Shown: piece by piece, positions 1-12,100 of the stretch | Layout of the letters: each line of letters begins with the position of its first letter | How positions within the stretch are numbered: the stretch's first letter is position 1 | NCBI GenBank assembly: GCA_965285935.1 | Contig: OZ260661.1 | Span: forward strand, 137,392,001 to 137,456,000 | DNA: 64,000 nucleotides | Reading direction: 5' to 3' | Origin: Ophelia neglecta | Taxonomy: Eukaryota | The notes under the pieces: model-generated | Database searches by the model: none | The model's input: the letters and a program-made list of their open reading frames with translations, nothing else | Told to the model about the DNA's origin: nothing | Made by a program: the position numbers and the translations under genes

Positions 1-1084
1 AAAAGTTTTCTGAGAATTTTCGGTGACTTAAAAGGACCGGTTTTTTTTATTTATTTTTTGGTCGAAAATGGGGTGCGGCTTTTTTTTGGTTTTATCTTAT
101 TCTCAGAACGGAAATAAAAAGGGGGGCGGGATCTCTCAAGGGGTGTGAGCGCTGCCTGAGAATCATTATAATTATTGAGTTTATGTGGCCTAACCAACTG
201 TGGATTCTTTTTCCTAGTCAAGAATTTGGTGTTCTGTACCCTCAGCTGCACACCTGTATGCAAAGTTTTTGAAAAAGATAAAATGCCGTGTTACTTTGCT
301 AAAAAATACAGAAATATTAATAAACAATTTGTTTTCTTTAACTGACAACATAAGGTTCATAACGCACTGGGAAGGCACATTATATAGCGAGTTACTAAAT
401 TCTTGTACAGTTTGGTGTAATGAAAGTGATAAACTGAGGACATCTAATCTAAGTAAGGGAGTATGAATTGAGACAATGGAAAGTACTTTTCAATTAATTC
501 ATCAACTCCAATACTGAGGTTAAAGGAAAGTGTGCTTCAAAAGTGGTTTTCTTACCATGGGAGGTAAGACACAAATAACTCATCTCTCCAAATACTAGAC
601 CTATGATTAACGAGAGTATTTCGTGCCATGGGAGGACAAAACGGATAGCTGTACACATTTCTCTGTTCACAGTAAGATTTTTTTTGGGATTAATTTTCAT
701 ATAGCTGGCAATTACAGTGCTATCCCCCAAAGCAATAATCACTGAGATTCACCGCTCCCAGCTCCCTCATTGTCGTTTACCCATATAAACCTACCAGCAA
801 TCACCAATGATACATGTTCTACCAGAAAACATAGCATGTCAGAGTGGACTGGAGCACCTTCTAGGAGAACCAATTCGGTATTTTTAAATGTTTAGCGAAG
901 TCCAAACTCATCATTATAGATCGTGCCGTTGTTTCTATTACATTATCAGCTGTTTAGGTAAGAATGAATTTGTTTAGTAGGATTTATTTGGAATGAAGCA
1001 TTGGAGCAAAGATCTTGTTGGAGTGCCCGTGTTTGGTTAAAGATTCTGTATTTTCTGTTAGGTCTCAACCCAATTTACTTCTGG

Positions 1085-2838
1085 TTTGTGAGAATCATAT
1101 CAGACAAAAGCTGGAAGATATTACGCACAGAACCAAGAATATGAAGTTGCCATCTCACACCTCGGAGGCTCACATTGCAAACGGTTTTGCTGACTTTTTG
1201 AAGGCCAAAGTCAGAAAGATTCGTGCTGATTTGCGCACAGTTTGTGGAAATTTAAACTTTCATATTCCCTTACCTGCCTCGATACTGTGCCCAGCCTCAG
1301 GTGATGAAATCCGCAGGGTCATAGCTGATTCTCCTAACAAAAGATGCTCCATAGACCCTTTTCCCACATGGATCCTGAAGAAGTCTGGATGTGCATTGGT
1401 TCCACTCATTACATATATCGTCTATAGATCAATGTCATCAGGTATTGGCCCTGAGTCCATGAAGTCGGCAGATGTTACTCCCCTCCTGAAAAAGCCATCC
1501 CTGAATGCAGAGGATTCTAAAGCTACCGCCCAGTGTCATTTTTGTCCAAGATTCTGAAGCGTGTTGTGGCTGCAATCTCGACAAACATAGCATTTCTGTA
1601 CTTGTATTGCTCGATCTCAGCGCTGCCTTTGATACCATTGACCATGCTATTCTCCTGGAGCGGCTGGAATGTCCTCTCGGTGTCAAGGGCACTGTGCTCA
1701 CGTGGTTTATTTCTTACCTAGCTGGTCGTACACGGGTAAAGGTCAAAGACGACCGCTCCGAGGCTAAGCGTCTTCCTTATTGTGTTCCACAAGGATCAGT
1801 ATTAGGGCCAATCCTCTTCTTGGTCTATGTGCTGCCTCTGTATCATCTGTTCATGTCTCATGGCGTACATATGCATGGATATGCAAATGACACGCAGGTG
1901 TATCTATAGATTCTGCACCCTGATGATAGTAGTGTCAGCCAACATGCTCAAACTTAACAGTGACAACACGGACATCATTGTTCTTGGTACTGCCTCGGCT
2001 TTGACGCGTGTTGATGTCAGGGCATTTTCTGTTGCTGGCTGTCAGGTTGCTGTCTCGGACCCGCTTATAAATAAGCGTCTTCGACAAACTTCTCAAGATG
2101 CGTGACCACGTATCCAAAGCGGTCAAGGCCGCAAGTTTCCATCTAAGAAATATTGGCCGCGTTCGTAGCCATCTTACACTTAACACTAAAAGGAACTGAT
2201 CCAGTCTCTTGTGATATCAAGACTGGACTATTGCATTTCTCTTCTGTGTGGTGCTCCGGACAATCTCCTATGTAGACTGAGATCAGTGAATCATCGCGCC
2301 GCGCGTCTCGGTGTTCGGGCAAGGCGCGAGGTCCATATCACGCCTATGTTGAAGGAACTGCACTGGTTGGCCATTGAGGCCAGAATTAACTTAAACGTAT
2401 GCCTACTTGTTTTAAGACATTGAATTGCATGGGTCCCTCTTACTTGCGTACGATCCTCGAACCCTACGTATCACCCCGACCTCCGCGCTCGGGAGATTTG
2501 CACCAGTTGGTTCAGCCACGGGCCAACATCAAGACTTTCGACGACAGGTATTTTGCGGTGACTGGAATGATTTGCCATTGTCCATTCGCTGTACTAGTTT
2601 CAAGACTACTTTGAAAACGTAATGTTTCAGAGCTTCTTTTAATGTGTAATATGTGCTTAGTTCTAGGTAATTCACTGCTTTTTAATTTTAATTTTATCTT
2701 TTATTATTTTCACGTTTTATGTGTTACCTTAGCTGTCTTAGCTGTAATCTATTCATGCTTTATAATTGTGAAGCGCTTTTTAGCATATGTTTTATGGAAA
2801 ATGCGCTATATGTAAAAGCCAATAAATAATAATAAAAA
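1085..2838 (+). mobile_element. Decayed, 5'-truncated non-LTR retrotransposon (L2/CR1-group LINE), reverse transcriptase ORF2 remnant with 3' tail
   Basis: Overlapping frameshifted ORFs 1015-2622 carry RT motifs: 'VTPLLKKPSL', 'VLLDLSAAFDTIDHAILLERL', 'VPQGSVLGPILF', 'YAND' (degenerate YADD), 'LKLNSDNT', 'SRLDYC', 'HITPMLKELHWL'. The 3' end has the AAGCGC..GCGCT stem and an AATAAATAATAATAA tail at 2821-2838. Multiple stops and frameshifts. Confidence 0.93.
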
Positions 2839-5008
2839 ATTTAGCAGATAACCCCTTCTGTATTGATCTCAGTTTGTTGTAATTGTTACCTTTGGAAATA
2901 CCATTTTCAAGGTGTACTATTTGTTTGAAAATTATCCGCACTTTTTTTTCTAATTGTCCAGTGAGGAAACTGGGTCAGGGTCTTTGCCAGTCCCCACTTG
3001 TTTCCCTGGGAGGGACATTGGGTAGCGAAGTAGGTATGTAGAGTGCGAGTGTTGGGGGAGGGGGGGGGGGGGGGCTGTGTTAACCGTCCCGTGAAAGTAG
3101 TAAATCTACAGTGGATATGGAAAGGGCGGGGGGGGGGGTCTATTTAGTTTTTCTCTTTCTTTTCCTTTATATATATTATTTTCTATTTTCCACAGTACCT
3201 GGAAAGTCTAGAGTAATGATTTCAGTACGTTTGTTCTGTTGATTTTGGTTATTATTTGTTTAAATAAATCATCTGTTGAAAATATTCGTATTTTTTACAT
3301 TATGTTTGTAAGATCTGCTATAATTGGAGGAATAAGGATCAAAATAATAATGTATGTCGTCTGTTTTGAATCCAGAGCGGTTACTTCTTTTACGAAAAGG
3401 GGGAAATACCCTGCTCTGCACCGCAGGCAGAGAATGGTTATCTCCACCCCCCCCCCCCCTGCCCCCTGCCACCCCCCCCCCCCCCGATCTCTCCATACCC
3501 ACTGAAAACTGACAACTTGGATGGGATTCAGAGGGTTACTACTCTTACGAGTAGGGGGTAATACCCTGCTCTGCATTGCAGGAAGATTGTTGCATGCACA
3601 AGTAATTTGTCATACCAGTTAATGTACTTTATACCTCGATATAGCTATATTTCATTTGGAATTTCCTGGTTTGGTTGATACTTTTTATCAGAACCCGTTT
3701 TGACTAATATTTCTTTAAGCCATATTAAAATCAAATTCCCTCATATTGCGGCAAAGATGAAGCTGAAATATAATTTGAATATCAAACTTGTTCAAAAAAC
3801 GCCGCTCACTATTCCAGGAGTGATAACGATATACTGGTTTAAAATGGAACACATTTATTTAGGTTCATAAAGTATCGCATATGTACAATTTATTCTTGAC
3901 TATATTGTTATTGCATATATATGGGTATATTATATATGTTTTACATATATTATATGGTTAATAGTATATACAGAGCTTATAAATCTATAGATCTTATACA
4001 CGGCTCTTTTCACTTCTGGTTATAATTTATACTATGTATTAATGGATTAAATATATCAAAAAGCTAGTACATAATGTTCTTGTGAGTTCTTAAGCAGACG
4101 TAACCTAGTAAATAGGGTGTCTGAGGTAAAATGTTAAGCATGTCAATCAATAATTACAAATAAGGCAATGTACAACATCAAGTTAAGCATAAATTATGAA
4201 AGGCAAAAATGGATCTTGACAATTAGCCGAACTGAGGTAAAAAACAAATGTTTACACACTTGTCATTTGATTCAGTTGAATATAGAATTGAGTTAGACTA
4301 TTTAAGCAAAGAGGTGTTCAAGGCACATTACAATTGACAATAGGACCTGATTGAAAGAACGGAATTCTAAAGCTACTAGGAATAGTGTATAGTTATAACA
4401 CCTTCAGAAAACGCCGGCCAGGTGAAATGCTTCCTATAAGAACTTTTGATTAGTTTGTAACATATCTAAGGCTGTCCAATTGATTACCCTATCAGCGTAT
4501 TATGAATGTTTGGTGTTAAATAAGTTTAATACTAAAACTTATCATGACCGTGGGAGTGGTGGGAACTCGTAATGCAAAGGAACATATTAATTGCTTAATA
4601 ACACAGCTGACATTAACAGCATCATACAAAGACAGATGTGTACATTTTGTACATAAAAAGTGTATCCCATTCAGTCTTAAGATGGAGGCAGGATGGTGGC
4701 GAGGTGTAAAATGGATGCATACCATGCATATAATTTACCTACTTATGGGATAATCCTTATTTTAGTATTCAATTTTTTAAAACAACCTCAGAATAAGCTA
4801 ACAAAAAAGTAATGCCATCTACCTTATGAATAAAAAATAAGAAACTGGCTAACAGTTTCCCTTCCAAATGAAATTTGTTTATTAATGTTAATGTTTTTCG
4901 TTCATTTAGGACTTAAATGAACAACCAATATTTAACCCATTGCTTTGCTGGCGAATTCAGTTTTAGTAATATACAACCACATTTTTGCATATAACTTCCC
5001 TTTTGCCT

Positions 5009-6141
5009 TTACTTGGAACAGTCTGACCAGTGCGTTCGCAATGAATAGATTCCGTTACCCTTGGTTCCACTGAAGTACTGCAGGGTGGAAGCTTGCATAC
5101 TGAACCACGTCCCACCTGTGAGAGGCATTCCGCCGTAGGGAGGAACAACTCGGAAGTTGGTCGTCAACTGTCACGACAAAGTACAGTGGTTTTCACATAG
5201 GGGTTATGTATATAAATACATATTGTACTGAGGCTCAAATGTAAAGACGAGTTACCGTTGCAGTAGAAAATTCTTATTTTGGAAGTGCATTTATCATATG
5301 CTATTGATGAATGTCTACCTCAGGCATACTTACCGAAATCTGTGTAACCATGGATGTGTTAAGTCTAGTGGCATCCCAGCCCGTGTATCCACTAATGCTG
5401 GTGATATGTTCCCCAGGCTGAAGGACGAGACCGTAGGTAGACCAACCAACACCGCCAGTGGAAGCAACCCCGACCAGAGGCGCCCAGTAAGCTCCGTACT
5501 TCACCGCCATGCTGGAACAAAATATCATACCCCTACGATGACATATAACGATATTTAATGTGCCCTGTGCAGAAACCACAATGTAATTAAATGCCAAACC
5601 AACTTGGATTAAGTTTGTTTTTATGTTTCAATTATATAGAACACCAGGGCAAATGTTGGGTCATATTCAGAAACACGTTACATCACTGTAAAGAACGTGT
5701 GAGCGCAATTACTTTCGCCTTGGTCGGTTTTTTTTATATATAAACGCCAAAGTCTAGCTGCACTCTTTTGAACTTTAAAGCTCCTTCTTCTAAGTGGCAT
5801 TTTATACGATTTCCAAAGTTGCAGTACTATTTTTTTTCGAATGACATGTACGTAATCATTGTTAAAGAAAAGCGTTGTTACCTATGCCCCATTAATTACT
5901 AACGTACGTCAGAGGCAGTATAGCACCAAAACAAATTACCCCTGTTAGTCAAAAGCCCAGATCTTAGTTTACATTTGGCCTGGTCATAGAGATCGTACAT
6001 ACCCAGTTAAACTGGTAGCGTTGTTGGACATGTATACATGGAAGACAATCTCGGTGATAGGACCATAGCTGCTATACGACATGCCCTGATTGAAAGTCGC
6101 CCCGATGCCTAATGCTCCATACGGTCCTCTTGTGCACTCAA
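5009..6141 (-). CDS. Gene A jacalin-like (beta-prism I / ZG16-like) domain, three exons
   Basis: 6003-6141 '[28 protein letters not shown]'; 5334-5511 '[36 protein letters not shown]'; 5009-5167 '[36 protein letters not shown]'. These match jacalin hallmarks (L.PGE.IT.I.G, TTN..GPYG, FSG, terminal HW). Confidence 0.87.
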
Positions 6142-9100
6142 CTGTCATGGAAAATGCAAGCACATGAAAATAAGACAAGGCATACGCTTAGTGTTAGAGA
6201 CTGACAACGTAAAGAGCCTTCCGAGTGTCAGTCAGATTACATGCTCTTTAAAACATAATGTTTCTTTCCTAATAAAACTAATTTGTTTAAGCTAATGAAT
6301 TTGCCCCCCTTTTGTTATTTGTGCATTGTCTTTGTTAAGCATGTATCTACATATTAAAACGGGAGATAAATATAAACGACTCGGGTATTTTTGATACTGG
6401 AGAATTACTGCAAGCATTTCCTGGATGAAATTTCTCTGAATTTTTTTTTTTTTTTGTATTTTTGTTTGTTTGTCTAGGAATAAACGTCTTATGTGTAGGC
6501 AACGCAGTGTTATATTTCAAAGGTAGATTAGCGTGTCTCCACTTTCGAAAATGTTTTGGATTAAAATATATGTATATAATCTTACTTCCGCCGAGATCCA
6601 GTTCACAAAAGTCTCCCGTGTACCCACTGTAGCAGTTACAAATGTAGCCAGTCGGCGATTTATTGGTGATCTGACAGTAGCCCCGTCCTGGTTCACAGGC
6701 TGTCGCGGAGCATACTCCGGTCATGGTGTCTGGAAAAAACAAGATATATCTTCATTATATGGTTGATATGAATCACAACTGAGTGATTCTAGGCATTGTT
6801 CGCTACATATTGTTCTATATGTTTCTGTTTGATATTTATTTACAGCTTTAAAATTCATGAAAGCTCACGCGCCTATCCCGTATCTTACTTTGATCACAGT
6901 ACTGCCCATAGTAGCCAGGGGAACACAGACAGCTAAATCCCCACTGGTTCGACTGACAGGTGCCGTAGACGCAGGGGCTGTTCTCGCAGCTCGAAAATAC
7001 TATCAATGTATAGAAAAAACGTTAGTTCATACCCGACATACAATACCGCTCAGGTGTTGTGTTAGCATTAGCAACAGGTTGAGACAGGCTCTACGCAAAA
7101 CAATGTTGATTTAAAAGCTTGCTTATTCTAGTTACTGATATTTGTTACTGAGTTTTAGCAATACAGGTGTTTTTACCATAACTTTTGAAGTAGCTATTCT
7201 TACATAACACAATTTGGTTGTTTTTTTTCGGCACAATAATAAAAGAGCCATATAAGCGTTATTTCGATACCGTCGGTGCACGCAAAAGGCCTTAACTTAC
7301 TCTGGTCACAATAGTCCCCACAGTAACCAGGGTTACAGACGCACGAGTAGCCTGAACCTTGAGGGCGACACGCACCATTCACACATGTAGCGGAGTCGCA
7401 AACATTGGTAGCTAGAATCGGAGGATACAGAGTTTAATCATATAAATCTAGTAAACAGGAACATTGTTATAATTTGAATAGTTATAATAATCTAGTTGAT
7501 AAGAATTATTGCTAGAATTTGAATAGTTATAGTACATCATTATTTACACAAAGGTGCCAAAACGCTTCATTGTCAAAATTATGTGTCTGAATAATAATTT
7601 CTGATTGAGAGTATAGAATAAAAGCTAATTCCATTAACGTTTTTTAAACAACTTGAAAGGTTAAAAGTTCATTAATAGACAACAACTAAAATTAGCAGAA
7701 GGAGGTATTTTCTATATCAAAATTCTTATGAAAGGCCTAGATTTACAACTTTATAATGCGTAAGGCGTTAGGATTGAATAAAAGTGAAATTGGTCCTGTA
7801 TGATTGCAAGTGTGGGGAGTATTAAGGCGGGTAGAAACCGAGTGACTAGAAAAAGTAGTGACCACTCCACAGTGTTGTACCAGAGTGGAAGTAATGCTAG
7901 TCCCTCAACAACCCCACCCCCACACTTCTTATCCCAATTGCAACCCGAAAGTCACCCTGTCTTGAAACACTAGAATTTAAGCCCGCAGGTATAGAAATAC
8001 TATATTATTAAGGATCCGGTCTTTATTAAGGATGATTATGTACCCCAGTCTAAAAGAATACCAGTATATTTCGTTCCATTGATTTATTGTCCAAGGGTTT
8101 TAACTCTGCGGGACTCTTTGAATAATGTGGACCAAATAATGTTATACTCCAGGTGACAAGAAAAAATGGTTTCAGGAGCAGAACAACAGTGAATCTGACA
8201 TGTTAGAAGATTATCATTCCAGTACTAAATGCAACAAGAAACCAGCAATCCTTACGTATATCGCAACGGGAGCCGGTGAAGCCAGTGTAACATTGGCATG
8301 TGTATTGGGTCCATAGTCCGTTTAGGTCATATCCCGGTGCGCACCATCCATTCTGACAATAGTAGCTGTCACATTGCCGATAAGCTGGAACAAATAAAGT
8401 CTCGGATTAAATTTATGGGTTCAGGCATTGCTGCACTTTTGGAATATCTTCATGGGATTCGAGGATGCAAAGATATTGTGTGTTGTCAAAAAGAGCCAGT
8501 TAGCGTTTAGTGAGTTAATTCTAACCAACCAATGCTACTTGGATGGCATTTCAATTCTGCTAGCATCTAGGTATTTGCTTATTTTATTTTTCAATGTTGA
8601 ATAAATGTGTCATTATTTGAAATCTAGGCAGCCGATACAGTCATGTGTTATTAATACATATCTGTTCGACTGAAATAGAATCAAATCACAAATACTTCGG
8701 CCATATTCATTTTTTTCTTGAATCAAGCCACTACCACACAAGTGGTGTATAGTTGTACTCACTTTCCATACAAGAAGGGCCGGAATAGCCGTCCGAGCAT
8801 TCACAATAGAAGGCATTCACACGGTCAACACACCTGCCATTAGAGCCACATGGGTTGCTCGCACACTCATCAATTTCTGTTGGAATACCACTCTCTTAGT
8901 TAGTTACAGGTCATTATGGATGCTTCGAAACATAAACACTCTTCTTATCAAAAAAATATTTTGTCAAAACTTTAAATGTGTTCATTTTCCTTAGTCTTAC
9001 CTGTACATCACGAAAGTGGTATGTCGAGTTGCTGGCTCTGATTTGACTTGACATGAATCATTACCGAAAATAATGGTCATCGGGGAAATCACCCCTCAGA

Positions 9101-12100
9101 CTATATTTATCTAGTTATGTACATTATACATAGTTGACTTATTACTAATCTACGTACAGCACAGAATCTACAAACGAGTTCTCAAATTCCTATTTGTTTG
9201 GTTTATAAAAAATGCATTTCATTTCATTTCGTTATTTAATGTTATTCTGGTACTTTAATCCTAGTTTTCACGGACATTTTTTAAATCTCTGTAATTCGTT
9301 GACCAATAACTCTTTTGTTTTGTGTTCTGATACAAATCATGGAACACTAGTGACTACATCTCTTTGCAAGTAGTATATATAGCAAGTTTTGTTTATACTT
9401 AGTGTTATTTGCATTATAAGTTTATTTCATTTTGTGCGCTGGAGATTGATATATTGATGTGTGTGTGAGACTGTGGATTCTAGTACCTGTTGATTACAGA
9501 TCTATTAATGGAGTGTTCTAGAATAATGATTTGGCTTTGTCTGGCGGATATCAACTCTTGTTGTTTCAACCCTGTTTGTATAAAGAAAACATATCCAGTA
9601 GCGAACGATTACACTTGATGAAAATGTATTAAATCGTTAAACGTGATTGAAGGAATCACTAACCGTAGTTACAGTCAGTTCCTGTATAACCCGGGAAGCA
9701 CACGCATCGGTAGGTTCCAGTGGAACAGTAGCCGTTCTTACACTGCAAACAGGAGGCCGGAGCAGTTCCTGGCAAGAAACAGACTAAATGTTATGGTCTT
9801 GAACTTTTCTTACTGATAATAAAGAAATTATTTGATGCCTTAGGCCATATTTTCCGAGTAGCGTCTTCTTGACTAGTTCCAGAGTATCGGATACAGCCAG
9901 ACTTTTCACCGCAGATATCAAGTGTAAATTGTTGAGCTTATAGCTTTTTTGACACATTTGATGAAAAATTAAAGATTGAATTGTGGTAACAAGTTCAAGT
10001 CTGTGATCTATTGAGTGGTTTATTATATCAATGTTTTGATACGGTACGTTTAATATAACTTACCAATCGGTATATTACACAATTGGCCGGTATATCCCTG
10101 ACAGCTATTACAAATGTAACTGTTAGAATAGCTCTGGCAGCCACCGCCGTTCATGCAAGGACTGGCAAGGTCGCAGCCAGCAGCTGAAAGCACAGGAAAG
10201 TAAAACCAAATAAAACCAAAATAGAAATATTACAGGTGCAGATTATCCCACACGTCATTTCGTCACTTTTCAGGTTTGGGCGTTCTCTCCGACCTAAAAG
10301 AGCTTACTAACCAATATCGCAAGAGGATTTATAGTACAACTGGGCAATAAGAATGTGATTCCCAGAAAGGTGGGCAGCTATAAACATACAACAATTGACA
10401 ATGAGGACTATAAAGATTGGTACAGAAATAAATTTGCAAAAATTAGAACTAGATTTGATTTTGAATCTGAATCATTAGGATTGGCTTAAAATCGGATAAT
10501 GAAAAGCAGGCACACATACGGCCTTAAGTGGTGATAGCAGCGCGTTAATGAACAATAATAAATTGAAGGAGATGCGAATTTGTACCTATCTCGCAGTTGG
10601 TTCCGGAGAAACCTGGGGGACAAGTACAGGTGTAATAACCATCGCAGTTCAAACAGGTTCCGCCATTACGACATGGGTAACTCATGCATTCGTCAATATC
10701 TAGAAAATATTAAGGTACAAAGACTAATTTCAATGTGCCAAAAGAAAATGCTAAAAAAAACGAAATATAACTCGCACATTGAGGTATTGGTGTCGGCATG
10801 AGGCCTACACAATTTTTGCATATACTTATATTGTTGAGACAAAAATTGGCTAAGCATATGTAAACAGTGAAGGAAAGTGCTCAGACTCCGGTGTAAAACC
10901 CTTTAACCTTGACCACTAGGAGTTTATTCATAACTACTACTGCGACTAATAACATTGTACAGTGAAACCTGCCTTAAAGACCACCTCTATATTCAGACCA
11001 CCTTCGAATTCAGACCGCCAATAGAAGACCATACCACTCTGTCAATGTTAAATAACCTTTGTAAACAGACCACCTATGTAATTAGACCAGTATGTGCCAG
11101 TCCCTTGGGTGGTCTTAATTCACAGGTAACACTGTACAGTGTAAAGACCGCCTCTATATTCAGACCACCTGGAAATTACGATCACTTATTTGAAAACCCT
11201 ACTGCGTACATTAAATGTAAAATAACCTGTCTTAACAGACCACCCCCATAATCCGACCAGTATGTGCCAGTCTTAATTCACAGGTTTCACTGTATTATGC
11301 AATTCTTTTACCTTAGGCAGTAGTATCTTGATGTCGCAATGTGTTTACTTCCAACACATGCCGACTACAGTCTCAACCTATCCACGTACATGCCGACTGC
11401 ATTGGTTACTTACCAACACACATGCCGACGGCAGTGTAGCACACGGTTCCAGGTCGGCATTCACATCGGTAGCCTCCTGCAGATGGAACGCACACACGTC
11501 CCTGAGATGCATCACACACGCCCACCTGACCCGGGTAACAGACGCTTGTCCCTCCGCCAACTATAAAGATAGTAATAAATTATTGTCAAATGTCACCACT
11601 ATTATAAATATAATATACTTAAATAGTCATCTTGAATTTAGGGCAATTATGTGAACGTATGAGTATAATCGTTTGCCCTCCTCGGTCTGTAAACTTAACG
11701 TTTGGTAAATCACCATAACTCACCATAGGGAGAACACCCCCACACATATCTTATTGATTAATGCATAATTTACCACACATATCTTATTGATTGGTATAGA
11801 ACTTACCAAAGGGAGTACACCCCCACACATATCTTATTGATTGATTCAGAACTTACCATAGGGAGTACACACCCCATACATGTCTTGGAGTCCGTCTCGA
11901 CATTTACATTCCCAGCCGGCCCCATGGGCTGTTGGCGTGCATACACTTCCTGGCTTGTATGCGCATGTGCCAGGGTTGGCACAGGCATCAGCGGCAGTTC
12001 CTGCAAATATAAGTTATTAGTACGTACGAAAGAATGGAGGATACTGTGATTGGTCTACTGCTCACAGCAAGGAAGACGTTTTTATTTACTGAAGTAGTAT

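Noticed and set aside
3239-3576. Pro/Gly-rich ORFs here and at 26754-27031, 35216-35452 and 56943-58032
   Set aside because: Produced by poly-C/poly-G tracts and dinucleotide repeats, not real coding sequence.
11803-12006. Apparent frameshift or pseudo-exon suggested by the ORF-track translation
   Set aside because: The ORF track shows a different frame. The 144-nt exon 11857-12000 is open in the phase-1 frame with six Cys.
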